This document shows positions 38,193-47,279 of a DNA stretch of 64,000 bases, piece after piece. The stretch is taken from positions 193,279 through 257,278 of the forward strand of contig CAWJLS010000002.1 in assembly GCA_963843755.1 (NCBI GenBank). The letters run 5' to 3'. A model generated the notes under the pieces. It was not told where the DNA came from and searched no databases. It saw nothing but the letters and a program-made list of their open reading frames with translations. Position 1 is the first letter of the stretch; each line of letters opens with the position of its first letter. Source of the DNA: an uncultured Acidobacteriota bacterium (GTDB taxonomy: Bacteria > Acidobacteriota > Thermoanaerobaculia > Multivoradales > DATKCC01). Made by a program: the position numbers and the translations under genes.

Positions 38193-38759
38193 ATGAAGAC
38201 GACGCAACCTGTTCTGTGCGCAACGTCGTCGGCGCACATCTCCCCCTCTAAATCCCGCCCCAACACGGAGGACGGAACCCTTGAGCGCTGGAACGACGAC
38301 ATCGTCCAGGCCTCCCGCGCGTGTGCTCGCAAACGTGGGCTGCAAGCCGACCACCCCTTTGCTGATGACGTCGCCCAAGAGGTGCGCTTGGCGCTCGTAC
38401 TCGCCATCCGAAAGACAGGTATCAAGGACGAGCGGTACCTCCGGCGCGTAATCAGCAACAGTGCGAAGAATTCAACGCGACAGACGCTGGTCGTCACTCG
38501 GGAGGTCTCTGACGACTCCATTGAGGAACTCCCGCAGGAGCAGCCAGCGGTGCGCGACGTCCTCGCCGAGCGCCGTACCCGAGAGTGGCTTCACGACTTG
38601 CCGAGACAGCTCAAGGCAGTGTTCCACTTGCTGTATCGAAGAGGCCTGAGTCAGCGTGAGGCTGCCGTGTGCCTCGGGGTGAGCCAGCCTCGCGTAGCGA
38701 AGCTCCACCGACAGTTGCTCAGGTGCGGTGCAGATGGGCTGCGCGACCTGGCAGCCTGA
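38193..38759 (+). CDS. Sigma-70/ECF-like small sigma factor or HTH regulator
   Basis: Region-2-like DDVAQEVRLALVLAIRK. Region-4 HTH LPRQLKAVFHLLYRRGLSQREAAVCLGVSQPRVAKLHRQ. Confidence 0.6.
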   Translation: MKTTQPVLCATSSAHISPSKSRPNTEDGTLERWNDDIVQASRACARKRGLQADHPFADDVAQEVRLALVLAIRKTGIKDERYLRRVISNSAKNSTRQTLVVTREVSDDSIEELPQEQPAVRDVLAERRTREWLHDLPRQLKAVFHLLYRRGLSQREAAVCLGVSQPRVAKLHRQLLRCGADGLRDLAA

Positions 38760-38865
38760 TTCGACCACGCCGCACGGACCGGTGGGCCACGCTCGTGCGA
38801 TTTCAACTCGGCCCGATCTGGCGGCTCCCAAAAACGGGGCTGTCGCAATAGCAAGGAGAAGAACT

Positions 38866-40707
38866 ATGACACAGCAGAAGATGACTACAGAGACCACGGA
38901 GCGGCAGCGCAAGTACGTGAACGAACAGAAGGCCAAGGGGCACGGCCTCGGAGTCGTGTTCGCAGATGCATTCCTTCGGGGGATGCGCGACATCGGGTAC
39001 AAGGACCCCGCCTGGGCCCTCGCCGAGCAGATCGACAACGCCGTTCAGGCGGCCGCCAAGACGATTTCGCTCCGTTTCAGCTTCGACAAGAAGAACAAGA
39101 GTCAAGCCAAGCCCGACCAACTCGCGCTGGTCGACGACGGCAACGGCATGATCCCCGAAATGCTCGGCTACGCCGTTCGCTGGGGTGGGACGGATCGCGA
39201 GGGCGATCGGCAAGGATTTGGTCGCTATGGGTACGGGCTGCCGAGTTCTGCCGTCAGCATTGCCAAGCGGTACACGGTGTACTCGAAGACCTCCGAGTCG
39301 CCATGGCACTCGGTGACCGTCGACATCGACGAACTCGCATCGGCTGCCAGCGACATCAAGCGCACTGAGGAACTCCTTTCCGCTACGCCGGCGAAACTGC
39401 CGAAGTGGCTTGTCGAGGCTGAAGATCAGATCGATCTGGCGAAACTCGAGTCCGGGACGGTAGTCGTACTGGAGGACCTCGACCGCTTGCGGGCGACCAG
39501 TGGATGGAAGAAGGCCGACACGATCAAGACAAAGCTTCTTCAGCATTTCGGTGTGATCTACCGGCATTGGTTGGGGGAGCGGCGGATTTTCGTCCACGGG
39601 ATCCGCACTCTGCCCGTCGACCCGCTTTTCCTAATGGAGCATGGGCGGTTTTTCGACGAGACCTCCATTCGAGCTATTGGTGTCCAGACCCGGACGTTCG
39701 AGATGGAGACCTCCCGGAAAACAAAGGGGACGGTTACCATTCGTGCCGCGCTGCTACCACCGAACTTCCAGTTGAAGACGCCGCCGGGACGCCTCAACTC
39801 GAATGGCGATATTGCCGGCCCGACTAACGACCGATTCAAGATCATGAAGGAGTTCAACGGGCTCCTTATTTGCCGGGAGCGCCGGCAGATCGACTGCGTC
39901 TCTCCGCGCTGGACGAAGTTCCAGAACTACGACGCGCACGTGAAGGTCGAGGTCGATTTCGACCCCGAACTGGACGAGTTCTTCGGCATTACTACTGCCA
40001 AGCAGCAGATTGTGATCGCGGATGAAATGTGGGAGAAACTGCAGCACAGCGGTCGCGGAGGTGGTGGACTAAAGGACTTGGTCAGGGACCTGCGTAAGCG
40101 GCTGGATGAACTGCGTGACGAACTCAAGGCGAAGCTCAAGTCCACCGAGGGAAAGGACGAGCCTCGCCCTAGCGCCATCGCGATGACTGAGACTGAGAAG
40201 TTCAAGGTCTCGACGACCGAGCCGACGCGGGAGCATCGTGAGGAGGCGGAGCGCAACCTCGACCGCGAAGCGAAGGAGCGCGCCGAGGCCACTGGAAAGC
40301 GCCACGAGGAGGTCGTGGAGGAACTCCGTCAAGAGATCTCCAAGCGCCGCTGGGAAGTGGAATTCGCGGCGATCCCGGAGGGACCTTTCTACTCGCCAAA
40401 GCGCCTCGGTGAGCAGAAGCGCATCGTCCTCAACACGGATCACCCCTTCTACTCGAAGGTCTATGAAATCGCGCCGGACGTGAGCGCCGCACTCGAGGTC
40501 TTGCTGTTTGTTCTCGCAGAGCGAGAGCTTGAGTCCTTTGGGGACGCGGAGATCTTCTACAAGGCCGAACGGCAGCGCTGGTCCGAGCGGCTACGCTATG
40601 CCCTCGACGTGCTCACGACAGACGAGGACCTCGCTGACCGTGCAGCGGCGATAGCGGAAGCCATGTACCTGAATGATGAAGCGACCCCGCCACCATCGAT
40701 CGAGTAA
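38866..40707 (+). CDS. GHKL (MORC/HATPase_c_3-like) ATPase, paralog 2, with charged coiled-coil insert
   Basis: ATG 38866 after AAGGAGA. AEQIDNAVQAAA, VDDGNGM and GRYGYGLP. FGITTAKQQI and NTDHPFYSKVY match paralog 1. Confidence 0.8.
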   Translation: MTQQKMTTETTERQRKYVNEQKAKGHGLGVVFADAFLRGMRDIGYKDPAWALAEQIDNAVQAAAKTISLRFSFDKKNKSQAKPDQLALVDDGNGMIPEMLGYAVRWGGTDREGDRQGFGRYGYGLPSSAVSIAKRYTVYSKTSESPWHSVTVDIDELASAASDIKRTEELLSATPAKLPKWLVEAEDQIDLAKLESGTVVVLEDLDRLRATSGWKKADTIKTKLLQHFGVIYRHWLGERRIFVHGIRTLPVDPLFLMEHGRFFDETSIRAIGVQTRTFEMETSRKTKGTVTIRAALLPPNFQLKTPPGRLNSNGDIAGPTNDRFKIMKEFNGLLICRERRQIDCVSPRWTKFQNYDAHVKVEVDFDPELDEFFGITTAKQQIVIADEMWEKLQHSGRGGGGLKDLVRDLRKRLDELRDELKAKLKSTEGKDEPRPSAIAMTETEKFKVSTTEPTREHREEAERNLDREAKERAEATGKRHEEVVEELRQEISKRRWEVEFAAIPEGPFYSPKRLGEQKRIVLNTDHPFYSKVYEIAPDVSAALEVLLFVLAERELESFGDAEIFYKAERQRWSERLRYALDVLTTDEDLADRAAAIAEAMYLNDEATPPPSIE

Positions 40708-40798
40708 GAGCTCGATCGCCTTTCGGTCCCGACAGATAGGGCAATCGAGGGCAGATGAGGCAGCGTCGGTGCCGACTCGTCGAGTGCCGGCCTGCCGC

Positions 40799-40814
40799 GG
40801 GGGGGGGGGGGGGG
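40799..40814. repeat. G16 homopolymer tract
   Basis: 16 consecutive G residues counted in gccgcGGGGGGGGGGGGGGGGcagatt. Confidence 0.9.
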
Positions 40815-40859
40815 CAGATTCGCTCTCTGCGGGCGGCCTTCTATACACTGACACGTGAA

Positions 40860-41023
40860 GATGTTTGCACGTCCAGCAGGACGCAGTGCCAGGCGAGTAG
40901 AGCGGCTCTCCCACCAATCCCGGGTCACTCTTGTTGGTGACCGGCGACCAGTAGATCCCGGCTCGGGCGAGAGACAACGTAGCTGATCACGGAGGTTTCG
41001 ACGTAGACGAGAGGTTTGATCGC
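40860..41023 (-). pseudogene. PIN-domain toxin remnant (start lost, frameshifted)
   Basis: Reads (A)IKPLVYVETSVISYVVSRPSRDLLVAGHQQE*, against the intact MLKPLVYVETSVISYLVSRPSRDLLVAGHQQVTQDWW at 43614. GTG has become GCG, and a 1-nt insertion creates TGA. Confidence 0.6.
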
Positions 41024-41105
41024 GGGGCCACTCTAGCGCAAACACGGTGCGCTGCCCGGGCGGCGTGCCAGGCGATTGGAGCTGCCCCCGGCGGATCACG
41101 GCCTG

Positions 41106-42668
41106 CTAGGAGTCTGCGCGGCAGGAACCGGCGTGGGTAGAATGCCCCATGTCCACGACGTTCAGGCCGTACGAGCCGGACCAGAGCCTGCTTCTGCCAC
41201 CGTCTCCTCGGGACTGGCTTCCTGAGGAGCATCTGGCGTACTTCATCTCGGACACGATTGAGGCGCTGGACCTGAGCGGGTTCTTCGCGCGCTACGAGGG
41301 GGACGGTCGTCGCAATCGTCCCTACCATCCGGAGATGATGGTGAAGATTCTGGTCTACGCCTATTCGACCGGGGTGTTCTCCTCGCGCAAGATCGCCAAG
41401 AAGCTCGAGGAGGACGTGGCGTTCCGGGTGCTCGGGGCGGGCAACTTTCCGGCGCACCGCACGATCTGCGACTTCCGGCACGACCACCTGGAGGAGTTCG
41501 GCAAGCTGTTCGTCCAGGTGGTGCGGGTGGCCCGCGAGTCGGGGATGGTGAAGCTGGGCACCGTGGGGGTGGACGGCTCGAAGGTCAAGGCCAACGCCAG
41601 CCGCCACAAGGCGATGAGCTACAAGAGGATGAAGCAGGAGGACAAGCGCCTTCGGCGCGAGATCGACGAGCTCTTGGGTCAGGCCGAAGACCAGGACGCC
41701 GAGGAGGATCGCCTCTACGGTCCGGACCGGCGGGGCGACGAGCTTCCGGAAGAGCTGCGGCGGCGCGAGGATCGGCTCAAGACGATCCAGGCCGCCAAGA
41801 AGCGCCTGGAGCAGCGCCAAGCTGAGGAGGACCGCAAGAAGGGGCGTCACGAGGGGGACGAGCGCAAGAGCCCTCGGGGTGGACCCCGCTTCGCCCGGGA
41901 CTTCGGGGTGCCCGAGGACAAGGCCCAGGACAACTTCACCGATCCAGAGAGCCGGATCATGAAGACCTCCCGAGGCTTCGAGCAGTGCTACAACCCGCAG
42001 ATCGCCGTCGACGACGAGCACCAGATCATCGTCGCGACCACCTTCACCAACAGTGCGAACGACATGAGGCAGCTCGAGCCCCTGGTCGACGCGATCGACC
42101 GGGTGACGGACCAACGGCCCAAGCGGCTGCTCGCGGACGCCGGCTATTGCTCGGAGGAGAACTTGAGCCGCCTGGAGAAGCATGGGATCGATGCCTACGT
42201 CTCGCTCGGCCGCGAAGGAAAGGAGGCGCCCGAGAAGGACCTCTCGGGCAAGCCCGCCACCGCACGGATGCGCGAGAAGCTGGCCACCGAGCAAGGCAGA
42301 CGGCGCTACGCCAGGCGTAAGGCGATCCCGGAGCCGGTCTTCGGCTGGATCAAGAATGTCCTCGGCTTCCGGCAATTCAGTCTCCGGGGAGAGCGTAAGG
42401 CGGGCGGTGAATGGGATCTGGTCTGCCTCGCCACCAACCTGCGGCGCATGAGGAACCTCGCGAGGGCGGCCGGATGAGCCAACTCGGTCCAGCTCGCGGG
42501 CTCGGGCTCCTGCCAGGCGGCTGCGTCGCCTTCGCCGAGGTCCCGCTCACCGGACATCCGGTCGGCCCAACACCGGACCCGGCCTCGATTCGACGGCTCG
42601 GCCACCCGGCGAGGCGCGGGAACCACCGATTGCCGGGTCTACGCGCGTCCTGCCGCGCAGACTCCTAG
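41106..42668 (+). mobile_element. IS1182-family insertion sequence
   Basis: Perfect 21-bp terminal inverted repeats CTAGGAGTCTGCGCGGCAGGA (41106-41126) and TCCTGCCGCGCAGACTCCTAG (42648-42668) flank the transposase gene. Confidence 0.85.
41149..42477 (+). CDS. IS1182-family transposase
   Basis: MSTTFRPYEPDQSLLLPPSPRDWLPEEHLAYFISD...YHPEMMVKILVYAYSTGVFSSRKIA N-terminus. Charged coiled-coil middle. DDE C-terminus (LLADAGY). Confidence 0.9.
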   Translation: MSTTFRPYEPDQSLLLPPSPRDWLPEEHLAYFISDTIEALDLSGFFARYEGDGRRNRPYHPEMMVKILVYAYSTGVFSSRKIAKKLEEDVAFRVLGAGNFPAHRTICDFRHDHLEEFGKLFVQVVRVARESGMVKLGTVGVDGSKVKANASRHKAMSYKRMKQEDKRLRREIDELLGQAEDQDAEEDRLYGPDRRGDELPEELRRREDRLKTIQAAKKRLEQRQAEEDRKKGRHEGDERKSPRGGPRFARDFGVPEDKAQDNFTDPESRIMKTSRGFEQCYNPQIAVDDEHQIIVATTFTNSANDMRQLEPLVDAIDRVTDQRPKRLLADAGYCSEENLSRLEKHGIDAYVSLGREGKEAPEKDLSGKPATARMREKLATEQGRRRYARRKAIPEPVFGWIKNVLGFRQFSLRGERKAGGEWDLVCLATNLRRMRNLARAAG

Positions 42669-42886
42669 CTCGGCGCCGCCACCAGTCGAGGATCTGGTCC
42701 TCGCCGATGGGGCGGTCGTCGGCGGGGATGCGGAGGCTTTCGCGGACCGCTCCCCAGGTTCCGCGGTCGACGGTCATCGCCACCGCGAAGGTGATCACCA
42801 TGGCCAGGAGCGCGCCGAGGCCGGCGACGCCCATGTCCTTCTGGGCGTCCCAGACGTCTCCCTGGGCGCCGAGGAAGGCGAGGCCG
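42669..42886 (-). pseudogene. DUF2238-like membrane protein C-terminal fragment (copy A)
   Basis: AFLGAQGDVWDAQKDMGVAGLGALLAMVITFAVAMTVDRGTWGAVRESLRIPADDRPIGEDQILDWWRRR is nearly identical to 43686..43920. The reading frame runs into the IS. Confidence 0.5.
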
Positions 42887-42953
42887 CCAACCACCACCCA
42901 CCAAGTTCCCGGCACCAACCCCGGCAGTCCCAGTCCCGGAGTCGCGGCGGCTC

Positions 42954-43133
42954 TCAGCCTTCCGTCTCGGCGACCAGCTCGACGGGGCGGGGCGGATGGG
43001 AGATATACCGGCGGCCGCTTGTTTCTTCGCGCCTCTTCAGCTCCTGGTAGATCCGGTCCAGGTCGTGTCCGAACCGGGAGGAGTGCTCTTCGCGGATCTT
43101 CCGAACTTCCTTGACGATCGGGTCTTCCCACAT
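42954..43133 (-). CDS. Small conserved-looking protein downstream of the PIN gene
   Basis: ATG 43133 (MWEDPIVKEVRKIREEHSSRFGHDLDRIYQELKRREE...), 4 nt after the PIN stop. Confidence 0.55.
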   Translation of the reverse strand: MWEDPIVKEVRKIREEHSSRFGHDLDRIYQELKRREETSGRRYISHPPRPVELVAETEG

Positions 43134-43137
43134 GAAC

Positions 43138-43614
43138 TTACTCCTCCAGCAGATCTTCGGGGGTGCAGAGGATCGAGGGCTCGAAACCATTGTGACGGCA
43201 GATTCTGTCGATGGCGGCGCGCATGGCTGCATTCGCCAGGTGCTTGTGGTTCCAGGTCAACAGGAACTCCGCACCGTTGGTGACGGCGATCGCGATGTGC
43301 AGCGCGTCCTCGGCCGCCTTCTGGGGCAGCGGCCCGTCGTCGACGAGTTGCCGCGCGAGGGCGAGAGCGTCCTCGGAAATCGCCAAGAGCTCCAGATGCT
43401 CCAGGATCTCGAGCTGTTCGCGGGCTGCCTGCTCGTCTCCTTGCGAGGCCTCCTCGACGACCAGCTCCGATGCAGCGAGGCGAAAGGCGCTCCGTCGGTG
43501 TTCCCACCAATCCTGGGTCACCTGTTGATGACCGGCGACCAGTAGATCCCGGCTCGGGCGAGAGACGAGGTAGCTGATCACGGAGGTTTCGACGTAGACG
43601 AGAGGTTTGAGCAC
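43138..43614 (-). CDS. PIN-domain (VapC-like) ribonuclease toxin
   Basis: The YVETSVI N-terminal acidic motif and ALHIAIAVTNGAEFLLTWNHKHL fit the PIN fold pattern. GTG start. Confidence 0.75.
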   Translation of the reverse strand: MLKPLVYVETSVISYLVSRPSRDLLVAGHQQVTQDWWEHRRSAFRLAASELVVEEASQGDEQAAREQLEILEHLELLAISEDALALARQLVDDGPLPQKAAEDALHIAIAVTNGAEFLLTWNHKHLANAAMRAAIDRICRHNGFEPSILCTPEDLLEE

Positions 43615-43685
43615 GAGGCCACTCTAGCGCAACCACGATGCTCCGCCCTGGCGGCAAGCCAGGCGATGAGAGCTGGCCCCGGCGG

Positions 43686-43988
43686 TCACGGCTTGTCGGC
43701 TTGGCGCCGCCGCCACCAGTCGAGGATCTGGTCCTCGCCGATGGGGCGGTCGTCGGCGGGGATGCGGAGGCTTTCGCGGACCGCTCCCCAGGTGCCGCGG
43801 TCGACGGTCATCGCCACGGCGAAGGTGATCGCCATGGCCAGGAGCGCGCCGAGGCCGGCGACGCCCATGTCCTTCTGGGCGTCCCAGACGTCGCCTTGGG
43901 CGCCGAGGAAGGCGAGGCCGGCTTCGGGGTTGACCTTCAGGTGGGCGACCAGGAACCCGAAGCAGAAGTGCACCAGCCGGTCGTACAT
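43686..43988 (-). pseudogene. DUF2238-like membrane protein C-terminal fragment (copy B)
   Basis: Only 100 aa, whereas I recall this family (unverified) as being about twice that long. Shares 43686..43920 with copy A. Confidence 0.45.
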
Positions 43989-44174
43989 GTTGCGGTCGGT
44001 GCCGGCCCAGCGCTGGAGGGTGAAGCCGAAGGGGACCGCCGGGTAGGTGTATCCGCGCCGCCTTCAACGCTCCCGCAAGAGCCCGAGTTGCGCGAGTCCG
44101 GACAGGAGCTCTATGGAGGTGTGGTCCCGTGAGGAAACGTCCTACCGGCGGGCGTTCACTTGAATAGGAGACCT

Positions 44175-44831
44175 ATGGAGGGCATGACCATGCGACACCG
44201 ATGGCTCCTCACCACCATGATCGTCGCCGCCATCGCGGCCGGCTCGGCTGTTTCGGCAAGAGCGGCTCGCGCCGCGGAGGCATCGCCGCTGGGCTTCTGG
44301 GAATCGACCGACACCTCGTCGGGCGGGATCGGAGTAGCTCTCGAGCTGCGGGCTGACGGCAGTCTGCGCCATTGCGCCGTGGTTCTCGTGGACTTCGACT
44401 ACCGGCTCAAGGGGGACCAGGTCGTCCTGTCCGATCCCACCGGCGCTGACCAGGCGCCCGCGGCCACGCTCGGGGACAACGTCATGATCCTGACCGGTCC
44501 CGATGGCTCGACGCTCGAGAAGAAGAGATTCCGAGCGCCACCCGGGGGCAATTCGCCCATCCTCGGCGATTGGTCCTACGACTATTACGGCCAGGCGACC
44601 GCCTTCGAAAGGTACGCCGAAGACGGCAAGGTGCACTTCCGACTGCCGCTCCGCACCGAGACCGGCACCTACCGGCTCGACGGCGACCGGATCCGGGTGA
44701 CGCTGGCCGGTCACCGAGAGAAGTGGCTCTGGAGCGTCGAGGGTGACGAGCTTCTCGTCGGCCCGCGCGGGGAACGGCGCCGGTACCGGAGGGTGCCGGG
44801 CGGGGCCTGGTACCTGGCGCCGGCCGATTGA
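44175..44831 (+). CDS. Secreted hypothetical protein
   Basis: Signal peptide RHRWLLTTMIVAAIAAGSAVSARAARA. The start is ambiguous among ATGs at 44175, 44184 and 44190. Confidence 0.55.
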   Translation: MEGMTMRHRWLLTTMIVAAIAAGSAVSARAARAAEASPLGFWESTDTSSGGIGVALELRADGSLRHCAVVLVDFDYRLKGDQVVLSDPTGADQAPAATLGDNVMILTGPDGSTLEKKRFRAPPGGNSPILGDWSYDYYGQATAFERYAEDGKVHFRLPLRTETGTYRLDGDRIRVTLAGHREKWLWSVEGDELLVGPRGERRRYRRVPGGAWYLAPAD

Positions 44832-45106
44832 GGGCGCGCCAGAGGGAGGCTCCACGCCCACAGCGGGTGGCTCCGGTGGCGCGGAGGTCCGTGCCCCGGC
44901 ATGTGGCGCCGGCCCTCCGGTTCTGTGGCCGTTGCCGATTCATGGCACCGCTTGCCGATCGACGGCACGGGCTGCACGCAGGCCTCGGTGCCTGATCGAG
45001 GTCCTGTCCGCCGGGTGTCCATCGCCCCGATCCTGCCACCAGTCTCCACTGCCGCTTGCCGACGGCATGCAATTTGTCATACAATATCAATGACATTGGA
45101 GATACC

Positions 45107-45400
45107 GTGCGTACACTAAGCGTCAGGTTGCCCGATCCGCTCGATCGCAAGCTCGACCACGAGGCCCGCGACGAAGGGAAGAGTCGCTCGGAGCTGGCTC
45201 GTGAGGCGATCGCGGACTTCGTCGAGCGGCGGGAACGGGAGCGGTTCCTCGCCACGTTGGCGGAGGAGGCGCGAGGGGTCCGGGGTGCTCCCGAGAGCCA
45301 GCGCATCGCTGAGGAGTTTCTGGTCGCGGAGAACGAGGCCTTGAAGGTGGCGGAGGGAGGGGGCCAGGGGGATGATCCAGACGAGCGCTGGTGGGAGTGA
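45107..45400 (+). CDS. Ribbon-helix-helix (CopG/MazE-like) antitoxin
   Basis: GTG 45107 after GGAGA. VRTLSVRLPDPLDRKLDHEARDEGKSRSELAREAIADFV is an RHH signature. Confidence 0.75.
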   Translation: MRTLSVRLPDPLDRKLDHEARDEGKSRSELAREAIADFVERRERERFLATLAEEARGVRGAPESQRIAEEFLVAENEALKVAEGGGQGDDPDERWWE

Positions 45401-45403
45401 CCG

Positions 45404-45748
45404 ATGAGGCGCGGCGAGGTCTGGGTGGCGAACCTGAATCCGAACCGCGGCGCGGAGATCGGGAAGATCCGGCCGGTCCTGGTCATCCAAGAGGACGCGC
45501 TCGGGCCGGAGGTCACGGAGACGGTGGTTGTCTTGCCGTTGACGTCGCAGGTCCGCGAGACGGTGCAGCACCTGCGATGCACCCTGCCGGCCCGGGATCG
45601 TCTACGGCGGCCGTGCCAGGTGCTGATCGATCAGCCGCGAACCCTCGACCGCAACCGAATCGGCGAAGGCCCCCTCACTCGTCTGACCGAGCAGGAGATG
45701 GCCGCCGTGGAGCGGACGCTCAAGGCCGTGCTCGGGCTGACGGAATAG
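45404..45748 (+). CDS. mazF: MazF/PemK-family endoribonuclease toxin
   Basis: MRRGEVWVANLNPNRGAEIGKIRPVLVIQ...VVVLPLTS...IDQPRTLD. Confidence 0.85.
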   Translation: MRRGEVWVANLNPNRGAEIGKIRPVLVIQEDALGPEVTETVVVLPLTSQVRETVQHLRCTLPARDRLRRPCQVLIDQPRTLDRNRIGEGPLTRLTEQEMAAVERTLKAVLGLTE

Positions 45749-45996
45749 GGATCGGGGGTGTAGCCAGCAGCGTTGGGTATCTCGACACCCCGCCGGTCAC
45801 TCATTGAGGGCCTATTGTCTCTCCCAAGAGAAACCTTCGCACGGAGATCTTTTTCTCTCCTGGCGACTATTAGTTTCCACTTTATCGATAACCCAGGGAC
45901 ATATATCCTCTATATGGGTGCAACCATCCATTAAGTCGCTTGTTCGCAGTGGGTTAGCGCTTGCGTTGTCGCTCGGGCCGGTCTACCCTCCGGGCC

Positions 45997-46473
45997 ATGG
46001 AGAGTCCGCACGAGGTTCCATCGCAGAAGCGGCGCAAGAAGAAAGCGTACGACGGCCGCCCGCTCGCGATCCTGCGGAGGATCCGGGGCTTGACCCAGCA
46101 GAGGCTCGCCGACGCGACCGGGATCGAGGCGCGGAACATCGGCAAGTTCGAGCGAAGCGAGTCGGTTCCTGACGAGGAACAGCTCGGGCAAATCGCCGAC
46201 GCGTTGCGCGTCCCTGTCTTCGTCGTGGAGGAACTACGCGACATGGTTTCCCGGGTGGAACGGTTCGGGGAGCAGTCCAGCCTTTGGAGCGGTCGGATTA
46301 GTGCGGAAGGTCCTCAGCCGGAGATCGTTGGGGAGCCGGATCCCTTCGATCCGGAAGACACCACAAAGCAGGCCAGGCGCTTGAAAGATTCCCGTACGAT
46401 AAGCCGGATGCAGCAGGCGATGGGCGAGACCCTCTGGCGTCTCATGCAGGGCTCTGACGACTCGCGGGGGTAG
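45997..46473 (+). CDS. XRE-family HTH protein
   Basis: ATG 45997. LRRIRGLTQQRLADATGIEARNIGKFERSESVPDEEQLGQIADAL. Confidence 0.7.
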   Translation: MESPHEVPSQKRRKKKAYDGRPLAILRRIRGLTQQRLADATGIEARNIGKFERSESVPDEEQLGQIADALRVPVFVVEELRDMVSRVERFGEQSSLWSGRISAEGPQPEIVGEPDPFDPEDTTKQARRLKDSRTISRMQQAMGETLWRLMQGSDDSRG

Positions 46474-46566
46474 CGGGGTCTCCCGCTCGGGCCCATCCCC
46501 TCCGACTGTCCTCGGGCCTCTTGTCTGAGAAGCCGAAGTGTGGCTACAATGGCCACGGAGGCGCCC

Positions 46567-46854
46567 ATGACCACCGTCAGCACCCGCAAGCTCAAGGACA
46601 GCCTGTCGGCCTATCTCCGCCGCGTCGAGCGCGGTGAGCAGATCGTCGTCATGCGGGGCAAGAAGGCTGTCGCGGCACTCGTCCCGTTCGAGGAGGCCGC
46701 CGGCCTGGACGAGGACGCCAAGTTGCGCCAGCTCGCCGCGCAGGACCTGATCGTGCTTCCCGAGGGTCCGACGCCAGAGGAACGCTTCACCGCTCCTCGC
46801 ATCCCGGCCCGCGGCAAGTCCGCCTCGGAGATGGTGCTCGAGGACCGCCGGTGA
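46567..46854 (+). CDS. Phd/YefM-type antitoxin
   Basis: ATG 46567 lies 5 nt after GGAGG. MTTVSTRKLKDSLSAYLRRVERGEQIVVMRGKKAVAALVP. Confidence 0.75.
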   Translation: MTTVSTRKLKDSLSAYLRRVERGEQIVVMRGKKAVAALVPFEEAAGLDEDAKLRQLAAQDLIVLPEGPTPEERFTAPRIPARGKSASEMVLEDRR

Positions 46855-47279
46855 TCCTGTTTGTGGACACGAGCGCTCTGATCAAGCTGTACATCGAGGA
46901 AGACGGCAGTGAGGCCATGGCCGAGCGCGCTCGGGGCAGCCGGATCGCGCTGTCGGTGCTGGCCTACGCGGAGGTCTACTCCACGTTCGCCCGCCGTCTG
47001 CGCGAGGCCTTGCTCACCGAGGAGGAGCACGACGAGCTGGCCGATCGGTTCGAGCGCGACTGGCAGAGCGTGATCGCGGTCGCGGTCCGGCCGCCGCTCA
47101 TCGGCCGGGTCCCGCGGCTGGTCAGAGAGCACCCCCTGCGGGGCGCTGATGCGGTCCACCTGGCCAGCGCGCTGGCGCTCCGGGAGGCCGGCGTGGACGT
47201 CACGTTCGCCGTCGCCGACGGACGGCTGGTGGACGCTGCCGCGCTCGAGGGCCTGCAAGTCTTCAATCCGTTGAATTGA
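46851..47279 (+). CDS. vapC: VapC (PIN) toxin
   Basis: GTGA overlap with the antitoxin. (M)ILFVDTSALIKLY...LRGADAVHLASAL. Confidence 0.8.
   Translation: MILFVDTSALIKLYIEEDGSEAMAERARGSRIALSVLAYAEVYSTFARRLREALLTEEEHDELADRFERDWQSVIAVAVRPPLIGRVPRLVREHPLRGADAVHLASALALREAGVDVTFAVADGRLVDAAALEGLQVFNPLN

Noticed and set aside
42547-43131. 194-aa minus-strand ORF spanning the IS right end, the DUF2238-like fragment and the antisense of the small-protein gene
   Set aside because: This is a chimeric read-through. Only the central segment (42669..42886) matches the DUF2238-like copy at 43686..43920, and the rest is Arg/Pro-rich.
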